From: Pseudomonadota bacterium | GTDB lineage: Bacteria > Pseudomonadota > Alphaproteobacteria > Rhodobacterales > Rhodobacteraceae | Reading direction: 5' to 3' | Assembly (NCBI GenBank): GCA_039024775.1 | Contig: JBCCPS010000006.1 | Location: forward strand, 3,432 to 67,431 | DNA: 64,000 nucleotides | Shown: positions 9,859 to 19,477 of the stretch, in pieces | Position numbering within the stretch: the stretch's first letter is position 1 | Layout: every line of letters starts with the position of its first letter | Translations under genes and position numbers: made by a program | The notes under the pieces: model-generated | Databases searched by the model: none | The model's input: only the letters and a program-made list of their open reading frames with translations | Told to the model about the DNA's origin: nothing

Positions 9859-11124
9859 ATGGATCACCCGCTGCGCACCCAGCTCAATAACGAGCTTCAC
9901 GCGCGCCCCTTCCCCAAGCTGAAGGTCGGGACCACGGCTGTTTACCTCGCAGTGCGCCGCAGCTCGGACCCGGCGGAGCGCCAGACCGACCGCAGCCATC
10001 TCATCGCCCTGCTCGATCACTACGGTGCGCCAAAGCCGGAGCCGGGTGCCACCCACTACGAAGGCCCCGTGGGCCAGCATCACTTGAAGTGGGAGCAACA
10101 TACGGAGTTCGCGACCTATACGTTCTTCCTCGAAAAACTGAGCGAGCGGCCCTTCGATCCGGCGGAATTCGACGTCTTTCCCAGCCACTGGCAAGCGGCG
10201 CTGCCGTCCGCGCGGGTCAGCTCTGCGATCCTGCGGATCATGCCGCGCCCCGAGACGGAAGCGGAGATTGGCGATCACCTGCGCAACTGGTTCGTGGCCG
10301 AAAGCCTCGCGGCGGCGACCGTGCTCGACGCGAGCGCAGTCATCGCGACCGATTTTCGGATCGATCCGGCGGGCCACATGCGCTTTGCCATCTTCGCAGA
10401 CCCCGATGCGGGGCGTCGCCGGGTGGGCCGGATCGTGCAGCGGCTCTGTGACATCGAGGTCTACAAAAGCATGTCGATGCTGGGCTTTGCGATGGTCAAG
10501 GACTTTGGCCCCGAACTCAATGCGCTCGACGCCAAGCTGGGGGAGCTGACAGGTGCTATGCGCGGCAAGGGTGAGGGCGTGGAGGAGACGCTGCACGCGC
10601 TCCTGGATGTCTCCGTGGAGCTGGAGCAGCTCACCGCGCAGACCTCTTACCGCTTTGCTGCGACCAAAGCTTACGAGGCGATCGTGAACGAGCGCGTGGA
10701 GGTACTGCGCGAGACGCGGTTCATGGGGCGGCAGGGGTTCTACGAATTCATGATGCGCCGGTACGAGCCCGCGATGCGCACGGTTGCGTCGAGCCGGGAC
10801 CGCCTGCAAGCGATGTCCGCCCGGGCGGTGCGCGCCGCGGATCTCTTGCGCACTCGGGTCGATGTAGAACGGTCCGCCCAGAACCAGGCGATCCTGGAAA
10901 GCATGGACCGCCGGTCCGATCTGCAGTTGCGGCTGCAACGCACTGTGGAGGGGCTGTCCGTCGTCGCCGTCAGCTACTACGCGGTCAGCTTGCTGAGCTA
11001 CATGATCGCGCCCGCTGCCATGCCTCTGGGCCTTTCCACCACCGTGCTGAGCGCGCTGGTCACGGTTCCGGTGGTGCTGCTGGTCTGGATTTTCCTGCGC
11101 CGCTTGCGCCACGACGACAGCTGA
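9859..11124 (+). CDS. DUF3422 family membrane-anchored protein
   Basis: NELHARPFP, LKWEQHTEF, LQRTVEGLSVVAVSYY, two C-terminal TM helices; start approximate. Confidence 0.85.
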   Translation: MDHPLRTQLNNELHARPFPKLKVGTTAVYLAVRRSSDPAERQTDRSHLIALLDHYGAPKPEPGATHYEGPVGQHHLKWEQHTEFATYTFFLEKLSERPFDPAEFDVFPSHWQAALPSARVSSAILRIMPRPETEAEIGDHLRNWFVAESLAAATVLDASAVIATDFRIDPAGHMRFAIFADPDAGRRRVGRIVQRLCDIEVYKSMSMLGFAMVKDFGPELNALDAKLGELTGAMRGKGEGVEETLHALLDVSVELEQLTAQTSYRFAATKAYEAIVNERVEVLRETRFMGRQGFYEFMMRRYEPAMRTVASSRDRLQAMSARAVRAADLLRTRVDVERSAQNQAILESMDRRSDLQLRLQRTVEGLSVVAVSYYAVSLLSYMIAPAAMPLGLSTTVLSALVTVPVVLLVWIFLRRLRHDDS

Positions 11125-11138
11125 CAGGCCAAATCACG

Positions 11139-11166
11139 AAAAAAAGCCGGACGAGAGCCCGGCCTT
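11139..11166 (-). terminator. intrinsic terminator for the ABC permease operon
   Basis: minus strand reads GCCGG-gctctcgt-CCGGC-T7, between convergent genes. Confidence 0.65.
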
Positions 11167-11189
11167 CTCTTCCCTCAAAATGGTAGAAG

Positions 11190-12167
11190 TCACCGCCCGC
11201 GAATGCGCGGATCAAGCGCGTCCCGCAGGCCGTCGCCCAGGTAATTCACGCCCAGAACGGTGAGCGAGATCGCGATGCCCGGCAACAGCACGCGCTCGGG
11301 ATACTCCTGCATCCGCGGCACGGCATCCGCCAAAAGCTTGCCCCAAGTGGGGAAGTCCGACGGGAAGCCCACGCCGAGGAAGCTGAGCGCGGATTCCGTG
11401 ATGATGGCCGTTGCCAGCCCCAGCGTGGCCGACACCATGATGGGGGAGATCACGTTGGGCAGCAGATGCCGCCGGATGATCTTGGCAGGCCGCGTCCCGA
11501 TAGAGCGTGCTGCCAGGATGAACTCCCGCTCTTTCAGCGCCAGAATGTCGCCGCGCACGATCCGCGCCGTCTGCATCCAGCTCGTGAGCCCGATGACGCC
11601 GACAATCAACACGAACATGCCCGCCTCTGGGCTGCCGAAGAAACTGTTGAGCGGCTGGCGGAAGAGGGTCACGGCCAAAAGGACCAGCGGCAGAATGGGC
11701 AAGCTCAGCACCAGGTCGGTGAAGCGCATCAGCCAGAAGTCCATCCGCTTGAAATAGCCCGCTGCCACGCCGATCGCGGTGCCAATCACCAGCGCCAGCA
11801 CCATCGCCAGCCACCCCACCGCCATGGACACGCGGCCCCCCGCCAGCATCTGCGCCAGGATATCGCGGCCCAGGTTGTCGGTGCCAAAGGGGTGCAGCCA
11901 CCCCGCCTTGGCGTCACTGTCCCACAGTAGCGTATAGATCGGCCGCCAGTCCTTGTTGCGGATGTCGAGCTTTTTGGGGTCCACGTCCCAAAGGTAGGGG
12001 CCGAGGATCACCGCCAGGGTGATGAACAGCAGGAACCCGCCGCCAAAGAGCGCGCCTTTGTGCTTGCGAAATTGGTCCCAGACATCGCGCCACTGGCTGC
12101 GGGGCGGGGCCTGCGGGACCTTGTCCTGCAGCGCGCCGTAGGTTTCCACGTCTGAGGTGTCAGTCAT
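11190..12167 (-). CDS. peptide ABC transporter permease (OppC/DppC type)
   Basis: HPFGTDNLGRD, EAA-like loop, ESALSFLG, GDGLRDALDPR. Confidence 0.93.
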   Translation of the reverse strand: MTDTSDVETYGALQDKVPQAPPRSQWRDVWDQFRKHKGALFGGGFLLFITLAVILGPYLWDVDPKKLDIRNKDWRPIYTLLWDSDAKAGWLHPFGTDNLGRDILAQMLAGGRVSMAVGWLAMVLALVIGTAIGVAAGYFKRMDFWLMRFTDLVLSLPILPLVLLAVTLFRQPLNSFFGSPEAGMFVLIVGVIGLTSWMQTARIVRGDILALKEREFILAARSIGTRPAKIIRRHLLPNVISPIMVSATLGLATAIITESALSFLGVGFPSDFPTWGKLLADAVPRMQEYPERVLLPGIAISLTVLGVNYLGDGLRDALDPRIRGR

Positions 12168-13167
12168 AGCGGATCCTCGGGTCAAGCAGGCCGTAGAGAA
12201 TATCGGCGATGAGATTGAAGAAGACGATCAGGATGGCGAAAATGAAGGTGAGCGTCATCACGCCTGGGATGTCATTGGCGAAAAGCCAGGTCAGCAGCAG
12301 CTGCCCAATGCCGTTCACCTTGAAGACGTTCTCGGTGATGATGGCCCCGCCAAAGATCGCGGGCATCCCCAGCGCAATGACGGTGACCACCGGGATCATC
12401 GAATTGCGCACCACATGCACCATCACGACGCTGGCCTCTTTGAGCCCCTTGGCGCGGGCGGTGCGGACGTAGTCCTGGTTGAGATTGTCGAGCATCGCGC
12501 CGCGCATGTAGCGGCTGATCTGGGCGGTGGTCTGAAGTGCGAGCACCATGACTGGCATGATCATCTGCATGAACTGGAACTTGAAGCTCTCCCAGTCGTC
12601 GACCACGTGCAGCGTGTCATAGATCGAGGGCAGCCAACCCAGATAGACCGAGAAGATCACGATGAGCAGCGGGCCGGTGAAGAACGGCGGGATGGAAAAG
12701 CCGATCATGGTGACAAAGGTGCCCGCCTGATCGAAAACAGAATAGTGCCGGTAGGCCGAATAGATCCCGATGGGGATCGCGATGGCGATGCCCACGAGGT
12801 AGGCGAGGCCCACCACCCAGAGCGTCTGGGGGATGCGCTGGACGACGATGTCCATCACGGGAGAGCGCGTCTGCCAGGACAGCACCCGCTGCTTGCCCTC
12901 GGCAAAGGACGTGCCGAACCAGTGGTCAATCAGCACCTGCGGCTCGATCCAGAAGAACTGCACCAGCCACTTCCAGTATTGGATGTACCAGGCCTGTCCC
13001 AGCCCTAGCGCCTCGCGCATGCGTTCTTTGACTTCCGGCGGCACGGTCAGCGGCACCTGCGCCATCGGGTCTCCGGGGGCCAGTTGCAAAAGGCCAAAGA
13101 TAACAAGGCTGATGAACAAAAGCGTCGGGATCGACAGGATCAATCGTCGGATGGTGAAAGTCAGCAT
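12160..13167 (-). CDS. peptide ABC transporter permease (OppB/DppB type)
   Basis: DYVRTARAKGL and ADILYGLLDPRIR; start MLTFTIRR. Confidence 0.93.
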   Translation of the reverse strand: MLTFTIRRLILSIPTLLFISLVIFGLLQLAPGDPMAQVPLTVPPEVKERMREALGLGQAWYIQYWKWLVQFFWIEPQVLIDHWFGTSFAEGKQRVLSWQTRSPVMDIVVQRIPQTLWVVGLAYLVGIAIAIPIGIYSAYRHYSVFDQAGTFVTMIGFSIPPFFTGPLLIVIFSVYLGWLPSIYDTLHVVDDWESFKFQFMQMIMPVMVLALQTTAQISRYMRGAMLDNLNQDYVRTARAKGLKEASVVMVHVVRNSMIPVVTVIALGMPAIFGGAIITENVFKVNGIGQLLLTWLFANDIPGVMTLTFIFAILIVFFNLIADILYGLLDPRIRYD

Positions 13168-13321
13168 CTCAAGCGGCGCCTTTGTTGAGCAGTCTTGGTT
13201 TTCGTTGGAGTGACGCAGCCCTGGATGCGGATACCGGAGCCTCGCCGTCAAGCGGGAACGAGAGGCCCCGAACCAAGTCCGGGGCGCGAGGGGCAGGGCC
13301 CGAAGGCCCCGCCCGGATTGG

Positions 13322-15043
13322 TTAGCCGTCGATGCGGTACCAGTCTTTCACGTTCCACAGCTCGGAGTCCCACACGTTCAGGACGACGCCGCCCAGCGTG
13401 TTGGAGTGAGCAGAAGACCGCGCGCGGTTGACCAGCGGCACGATCGTCATGCTGTCCTTGGTCAGCATGTCGTTGAGCTTGCGGCCAATTTCGCCACGCT
13501 TTTCGATGTCGCCCGTGCGGGCCAGTTCATCGAGCAGCGCGTCGTACTCGGGGTCGCAGAACCGGTTGATGTTCTCACCCTGCCACTGGCTCGACGGCTT
13601 GGGCTCGTTGCCGCAACGGTAGGCCGACAGATAGCTCTGCGGGTCCGTGCCGTTGAAGGTGTTGGCATACATCTCCACGTCCGCATAGAACTTCTGGAAA
13701 GTGTCGGGCGACCCCGGATCCCCGCCAAAGAACACGGAGGCGTCGAGATTGCGCAGCTCGGTTTCCACGCCGATCTGGCTCCACCAATCCTTGATCAGCG
13801 CCTGGAAGTCCTGACGCACCGCGTTGGTGGAGGTCTGATAGAGGATGGACAGCTTCACGCCGTCCTTGTCGCGGATGCCGTCACCGTCGGTGTCGGTCCA
13901 GCCGGCCTCTTCCAGCATTGCCTTTGCGCCTTCGATGTCCTGCGTCAGACAATCGGTGTTGTCGGAGGCGTAGATCGCAGGTGCGGGCACCAGGTTGCAG
14001 GTGGGCTCACCCGCTTTGCCATAGCCCACTTCCGTCAGCAGCACCCGGTCGATGGCCATCGACAGCGCGCGGCGCACGGGCTCTTCCGTCAGGAAGGGGT
14101 GCGGATGCGCCACGGTGGACCGCTCGCCTTCCGGCAGGTCGGGGGAGGGGTTCGTCAGGTTCATCTCCAGACGCTCCACCAGCGGGCCGAATCCTGCGAT
14201 GGCCATGCCCTTGCCGCCTTCTTCCATCTTGGCGATCACGTCGGGCGCCAGCTGCAAGTTCCAGGCGTAGTCGAACTCGCCCGTCTCCAGCACGGAACGG
14301 CCCGCCGCCGTTGCGTCACCGCCGCCCTTGAAGGTCAGCGTGGCGAAGGCCGGTTTGCCTTCCTCGCGGAAGTTCTCGTTGGCTTCCATGGTGATCACGT
14401 CATTGGGACGAAATTCCACCACCTTGAAGGGGCCGGTGCCGATGGGGCCAAAGTTGGCCTCCGTGCAGTTGGGGGCCGCCGCGCCCAGGCAATCGGCGAA
14501 TTGTGCCGCCTGGATGATCGGGCTCTCACCGCCCGTAAAGGGACCATAGGGGTTGGGCTTGGGCTCGGAGAAGTTGACGATCACCGTCAGCTCGTCCGGC
14601 GTCTCAATCGACTCCACGCCGTCAAACTTCGCGCCCTGCGCGCAGCCGCCTTCGGGGTGCATGCAGTATTCCGCGGTGAACGCCACGTCAGCGGAGGTCA
14701 GCGGGGTACCGTCGGACCACACGAGGCCCTCGGTCAGCTTCCAGGTGATTGTCTTGAGGTCTTCGGACACGCCGCCATTTGCCACGGTGGGCACTTCGTC
14801 CACCAGCCAGGGCACCAGCGCGCCAGATTCGTTGTAGCGTGCCAGTGGCTCAATGATGAGCGAGGCGGATTCCACATCCTTCGTGCCGCCCGATAGGAAC
14901 GGGTTCAGGATTGAGGGCGCCTGCCAGTAGATGATCTTCACCTCACCATCGCGCCCGCGCTCGCCTTCATGGCCGTCCGCCAGCACGACGGGCGCAAAGC
15001 CCGCTGTCGCAATCGCACCCATCAATAGGGTCTTGAGTTTCAT
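13322..15043 (-). CDS. peptide ABC transporter substrate-binding protein (family 5)
   Basis: signal peptide, WSDGTPLTSADV, IGTGPFK, VRRALSMAIDR; AAGGAG RBS. Confidence 0.93.
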   Translation of the reverse strand: MKLKTLLMGAIATAGFAPVVLADGHEGERGRDGEVKIIYWQAPSILNPFLSGGTKDVESASLIIEPLARYNESGALVPWLVDEVPTVANGGVSEDLKTITWKLTEGLVWSDGTPLTSADVAFTAEYCMHPEGGCAQGAKFDGVESIETPDELTVIVNFSEPKPNPYGPFTGGESPIIQAAQFADCLGAAAPNCTEANFGPIGTGPFKVVEFRPNDVITMEANENFREEGKPAFATLTFKGGGDATAAGRSVLETGEFDYAWNLQLAPDVIAKMEEGGKGMAIAGFGPLVERLEMNLTNPSPDLPEGERSTVAHPHPFLTEEPVRRALSMAIDRVLLTEVGYGKAGEPTCNLVPAPAIYASDNTDCLTQDIEGAKAMLEEAGWTDTDGDGIRDKDGVKLSILYQTSTNAVRQDFQALIKDWWSQIGVETELRNLDASVFFGGDPGSPDTFQKFYADVEMYANTFNGTDPQSYLSAYRCGNEPKPSSQWQGENINRFCDPEYDALLDELARTGDIEKRGEIGRKLNDMLTKDSMTIVPLVNRARSSAHSNTLGGVVLNVWDSELWNVKDWYRIDG

Positions 15044-15313
15044 GCTATACTCCTTGTTGGGCACCCGCAGGGTGCCAGTTGTGACGCGCCAGTTGGCCTG
15101 GCGCGCAGATTTTATCGTTTTGGGTCGGGGTCGAGGGCGGCATAAAATCGTGAAAAAACAGAATATTGGCCGCTGTCTCGCAACCTCCCCCAAACCGCAT
15201 GAACATATCGAAACAGGTTTTGAAATAAATGCAACCCTTCACATGCCTTAACCCGGGGGCAAAGCCGCCCGGTGCACGGGATCGGGCACCGGGCGCTGAG
15301 GGAAAGGGCAGTG

Positions 15314-16348
15314 TCAGCCGCCCGCGCGGGTAAACGCGCTTGCAAAAAAGCCGCTGATGTCGCGCGCGAGGGCACGGTGTATCTCCGCGCGGGGGCGACT
15401 GCCGGGCTCGCTGCATATGGGGTCCTCGCCTGCGAGGCGGATAATCATCGCCCCTTGAAAGGTGCAGAGCCCCAGAAAGCTGAAGTGGCCTGCCTCCGCC
15501 ACGTTTTGCAGGCTGGCATCAGGGATCAGCGGCGCGAGCGGTGCCGCGTTCACACCCGGCGAGACATCGCTCTGTGCACCCAGATTGATCAGCCGCACCT
15601 GTGCTTCGATGCTGGCGAGGCTCCTGCTCTGATAGGCAGCGGAAAGGGCGGGGTCCACCGCTACGGTCACGCGCACCCGGGCGTCGGTGTTGGGCTGCGC
15701 GTAGCGCGGGTCCGCGCCCAGCGCGCCAGGGTCCACACCGCCTGCCGCCAGCCAGGCGCAGTCATAGCGGTTGCCCACACGGGCGCAGTAATCGGCGTAA
15801 GCCGCGGGGTCTGCTGCGGCACCTGAAAGGCTCAGGACGGAGTATCCGCCGAGTGAAAACCCAAGCGCGCTGATGGCCTCCGCATCGATCTTGATCCCTT
15901 CAATGGGCCCGGTGAGGGCCGCGTCAATGAGCGCGGAGAGATCAGCGGGTCGTTCCCAAAGCTTGACCGTCTCAACCGGTTGACTGTCGCCCGAGGTGGT
16001 GCCAGGATGGTTGGCCGCGATCACGACCATGCCGCGCTCGGCCAGGGCGCTTGCAATCCAGCTGAGGTTGGGCGCATTGCCGCCAGAGCCATGCGACATC
16101 ACGACGAGCGGATAGGTGCCTGCGGCTGCTGGTGCATTGCGCATCACCGGCGCGCCTTTGAAAACGGCATTCTTGCCCAGCATTTCCGTGCGGCCACCCG
16201 CCTCTGCGGGATACCACAGGTGTGTCGTGAGCGGCCCATCTCGGTGCGTGACGGTGAGAGTGCCGCTGGTGTAGCCCACATCCGCAATTCCGGGCGCGGC
16301 CAGCAGGCTCAAGACCATAGCCGCAAGGCGTCTTTTCAGGGAGTTCAT
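15314..16348 (-). CDS. secreted alpha/beta hydrolase (dienelactone hydrolase/PAF-acetylhydrolase-like)
   Basis: signal peptide, SHGSGG, GFSLGG nucleophile elbow, AGHFSF. Confidence 0.85.
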   Translation of the reverse strand: MNSLKRRLAAMVLSLLAAPGIADVGYTSGTLTVTHRDGPLTTHLWYPAEAGGRTEMLGKNAVFKGAPVMRNAPAAAGTYPLVVMSHGSGGNAPNLSWIASALAERGMVVIAANHPGTTSGDSQPVETVKLWERPADLSALIDAALTGPIEGIKIDAEAISALGFSLGGYSVLSLSGAAADPAAYADYCARVGNRYDCAWLAAGGVDPGALGADPRYAQPNTDARVRVTVAVDPALSAAYQSRSLASIEAQVRLINLGAQSDVSPGVNAAPLAPLIPDASLQNVAEAGHFSFLGLCTFQGAMIIRLAGEDPICSEPGSRPRAEIHRALARDISGFFASAFTRAGG

Positions 16349-16410
16349 GTGCGTATCCTTTCTGTTGGCGTGCAAGTGCCTTCACTTTGGCCATGCAAGC
16401 CCTTCTCCGG

Positions 16411-16455
16411 CGTCCTAGATCGCGATTTCGGTCGTATCACATCGCAATCGGGGCC
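16411..16455. promoter_or_regulatory. putative operator of the adjacent AraC regulator
   Basis: quasi-palindrome CGTCCTAGATCG|CGATTTCGGTCG (16411-16434) with a second ATCGCAAT core about 22 bp downstream, between the divergent hydrolase and araC genes. Confidence 0.45.
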
Positions 16456-16492
16456 ATATCGGCGGGGTAAACACCGCATGAGGACACCGCAT

Positions 16493-17488
16493 ATGTTCAT
16501 GGTTCCGCTGCCGTTCGTCATCGCGTTACTGGCGGCGATCTTTGCCGTCTATGAGGCCCTCACCCGGGGGCTGGAGCGCCGCAGCGGCTGGTTTCTGGCC
16601 TTTCTCGGGCTGATCTGCGCGCAGCAGATCCTTGTCGGGCTCCGGTTTGGCTATGGCGTGGACAGCCTGCGGCTGGTGCAGGCGCTGTCGGCCACGTTTC
16701 TGCCGCCGCTGGCCTATCTTGCATTCCGGCGCCCGGCACTGGGGCCTGCTCAGCTGGTGCACCTTCTGCCGCTTCTGGCGGGTGCCCTGGCGTTGGTGTG
16801 TTTCATCGACGCGCTCGACCCGGTGCTGGCGCTGACCAACCTGATCTATGCGGTGCTGCTCATCCGGCTGGGGCTGGGCGGCAGCGACGCGCTGGGCTGG
16901 GTGGAGACGCACCGAGGGCGCGCGGTGCTCACGCTGCTGTGGTTGGTGGCGGCGGTGCAGATGATCACCTTTGTGGCGGATGTTGTCATCGCGGTGGACT
17001 TCGTGATGACCGACGGGCGCAACACGCTGCGCATCCTGTCCTGGATGACTGTGCTGGGCCTCTTGGCGGGGCTTTTGGGCTATACAGCCGTGACCTGGAT
17101 GGCCAAGCGCGCCCGCGCCACGCCTGAAAGCCAGGCGGCAGACAATGAGGCGACCTTTCGCCAGTTGAGCGCGCTGGTGGATGCTGAAAAGCTGCATCTG
17201 GACCCGGACATCAACCTCAACCGCATCGCGCGGCGCATGATGCGCCCGGCGCGCGAGGTGTCGCGCGCAGTCAACGCGGTGGCTGGCTGCAACGTGTCGC
17301 TATACATTAACAGATTGCGCGTCAGGCAGGCATGTCGCCTTCTGGAGGGCAGCGACATGAGTGTGACGCAGGTGATCTATGCCGCTGGGTTCGACACGAA
17401 ATCCAACTTTAACAGGGAGTTCACGCGCAACACTGGCCAGACGCCCTCCGCCTGGCGGGCGGCACGGGTGGGCGCGGTAAAGGGCTGA
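16493..17488 (+). CDS. membrane-bound AraC-family transcriptional regulator
   Basis: multi-TM N-terminus, C-terminal HTH with AGFDTKSNFNREFTRNTGQTPSAWR. Confidence 0.9.
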   Translation: MFMVPLPFVIALLAAIFAVYEALTRGLERRSGWFLAFLGLICAQQILVGLRFGYGVDSLRLVQALSATFLPPLAYLAFRRPALGPAQLVHLLPLLAGALALVCFIDALDPVLALTNLIYAVLLIRLGLGGSDALGWVETHRGRAVLTLLWLVAAVQMITFVADVVIAVDFVMTDGRNTLRILSWMTVLGLLAGLLGYTAVTWMAKRARATPESQAADNEATFRQLSALVDAEKLHLDPDINLNRIARRMMRPAREVSRAVNAVAGCNVSLYINRLRVRQACRLLEGSDMSVTQVIYAAGFDTKSNFNREFTRNTGQTPSAWRAARVGAVKG

Positions 17489-17546
17489 CGTTTGACACCC
17501 CCGCGCCAATGGCCGTAGCGTCGGGCAAGGCAACCCCGGGGGACCC

Positions 17547-19379
17547 ATGCTCGACCAACAGACGAAAGCACCGATTGCCCAGATCAAGGGCTTGCGCGTC
17601 GAATTCCAGACCAAGGATGGCCCCGTTGTGGGCGTCGAAGACGTCAGTTTCGACATCCACCCGGGCGAGACAGTCTGCGTGGTGGGCGAATCGGGGTCTG
17701 GGAAGTCGGTGTCGTCGCTGTCGCTGATGCGGCTGGTGGAATTCGGCGGCGGGGAGATCGCAGGCGGCACGCTGATCTTTGACCGCGCCTCTGAGGGACA
17801 GTTGGAGCTGTCGGGCGCGGATCAGTCCACCATGCGCCACATCCGGGGCAATGAGATCGGCATGATCTTTCAGGAGCCGATGACAGCGCTCAACCCTGTG
17901 TTCACTGTGGGAAAACAGATGACCGAAGGGCTGCGGCTGCATCGGGGCATGTCTAAGGCGCAGGCCAATGCCCGCGCGCTGGAGCTTTTGCGGCAGGTCC
18001 GGATCCCTGAGCCAGAGCGGCGGTTGAAGCAATACCCCCATGAGCTTTCAGGCGGCATGCGCCAGCGCGTTGTTATCGCGATGGCGCTGGCTTGCGAGCC
18101 ACGGCTGCTTATTGCCGATGAGCCGACCACAGCGCTCGATGTGACCATCCAGGCGGAGATCCTGGCGCTGATGGACCGCCTGAAGCGCGAGACGGGCACG
18201 GCGGTGATGTTCATCACCCACGATATGGCGGTGGTGGCGCAGATGGCCGATCGCGTCGTGGTGATGTTCCGCGGTAACAAGGTAGAGGAAGGCCCGGTCG
18301 AGGAGATTTTCGAAAACCCCAAGCATCCATACACGCAGGCGCTGCTCGCGGCTGTGCCCAAGCTGGGAGAGATGCGCGGCAAGGCCTATCCCGAACCGAT
18401 GAAGCTGATGGGCCGCGACCAGAAGGAAATCGCGCCCATCAAAGGCACGCAGGATGTGCTGCTGTCGGTCGATCATCTGACCACGCGCTTTCCGGTGACG
18501 GGTGGTTTCCTGCGCCGTACGGTGGCAAATGTGCACGCGGTCGAAGACGTGTCGTTCAAGATCAACAAGGGCCAGACGCTCAGTCTGGTCGGCGAAAGCG
18601 GCTGCGGCAAATCCACGGCGGGGCGGTCCATTTTGCGCCTGGTGGAGCCGCAGAAGGGGCAGGTCCTGCTCGATGGCAAGGACATCATGGCGCTCAACCA
18701 GATCGATCTGCGCACTGCGCGGCTCGACATGCAGATGATCTTTCAGGACCCCTTTGCCTCGCTCAATCCGCAGATGCAGCTGGCCGAACAGGTGGCCGAG
18801 CCCATCCACAACTTCGGCACCCTTAAAGGTGCTGCGGTGCGCGAACGGGTGGAGATGCTCTTTGACCGGGTGGAACTGCCGCGCAGCTTCATGCGGCGCT
18901 ATCCGCATGAGTTGTCGGGCGGGCAGCGCCAGCGGGTGGCGATTGCCCGAGCGCTGGCGCTCAATCCCAAGCTGATCATCGCGGATGAGGCGGTCTCCGC
19001 CTTGGATGTGTCGGTGCAGGCGCAGGTGCTGAACCTGATGATGGAGTTGCAGTCCGAGATGGGTCTGAGCTTTCTGTTCATCTCCCACGACATGGCGGTG
19101 GTGGAGCGGGTGAGCCATCAGGTCGGCGTGATGTATCTGGGCCGGATTGTGGAGCTGGGTCCGCGCGCGCGGGTGTTCGAGAACCCCCAGCATCCCTACA
19201 CGCAAGCGCTCATGTCCGCGGTGCCCATTGCCGATCCGCGCCAGCGCAAGTCGGAAAAAGACCTCAACTTCAAGCCGATTCCATCGCCCATCCATCCGGT
19301 GGGCTATACGCCCGAAGCGTCGGTTTACAATGAAGTGGAGCCGGGACACTTTGTGATGACATCCGACAGCGGATATTGA
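17547..19379 (+). CDS. peptide ABC transporter ATP-binding protein (fused double ATPase)
   Basis: two Walker A motifs (GESGSGKS, GESGCGKS) and two LSGG signatures. Confidence 0.95.
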   Translation: MLDQQTKAPIAQIKGLRVEFQTKDGPVVGVEDVSFDIHPGETVCVVGESGSGKSVSSLSLMRLVEFGGGEIAGGTLIFDRASEGQLELSGADQSTMRHIRGNEIGMIFQEPMTALNPVFTVGKQMTEGLRLHRGMSKAQANARALELLRQVRIPEPERRLKQYPHELSGGMRQRVVIAMALACEPRLLIADEPTTALDVTIQAEILALMDRLKRETGTAVMFITHDMAVVAQMADRVVVMFRGNKVEEGPVEEIFENPKHPYTQALLAAVPKLGEMRGKAYPEPMKLMGRDQKEIAPIKGTQDVLLSVDHLTTRFPVTGGFLRRTVANVHAVEDVSFKINKGQTLSLVGESGCGKSTAGRSILRLVEPQKGQVLLDGKDIMALNQIDLRTARLDMQMIFQDPFASLNPQMQLAEQVAEPIHNFGTLKGAAVRERVEMLFDRVELPRSFMRRYPHELSGGQRQRVAIARALALNPKLIIADEAVSALDVSVQAQVLNLMMELQSEMGLSFLFISHDMAVVERVSHQVGVMYLGRIVELGPRARVFENPQHPYTQALMSAVPIADPRQRKSEKDLNFKPIPSPIHPVGYTPEASVYNEVEPGHFVMTSDSGY

Positions 19380-19384
19380 GGGCG

Positions 19385-19454
19385 CGAAATCTTTTGAAGA
19401 TTTCGGGACGGAAACTTTTAAAGTTTCCGGGCCGTTTTCTTTCAAAGAAAACGG
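19385..19454. repeat. array of three palindromes with 24-bp period
   Basis: CGAAATCTT-ttg-AAGATTTCG; CGGAAACTTT-t-AAAGTTTCCG; CCGTTTTCTTT-c-AAAGAAAACGG; centres at 19395, 19419, 19443. Confidence 0.9.
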
Positions 19455-19477
19455 TGCTCACTCAGAAGGCAGGACAT

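Noticed and set aside
13265-13315. GC-rich hairpins between the SBP and permease genes
   Set aside because: Typical intercistronic mRNA-stabilising stems of ABC operons.
19385-19454. Palindrome arrays read as a mini-CRISPR
   Set aside because: There are no identical direct repeats, no spacers and no cas genes.
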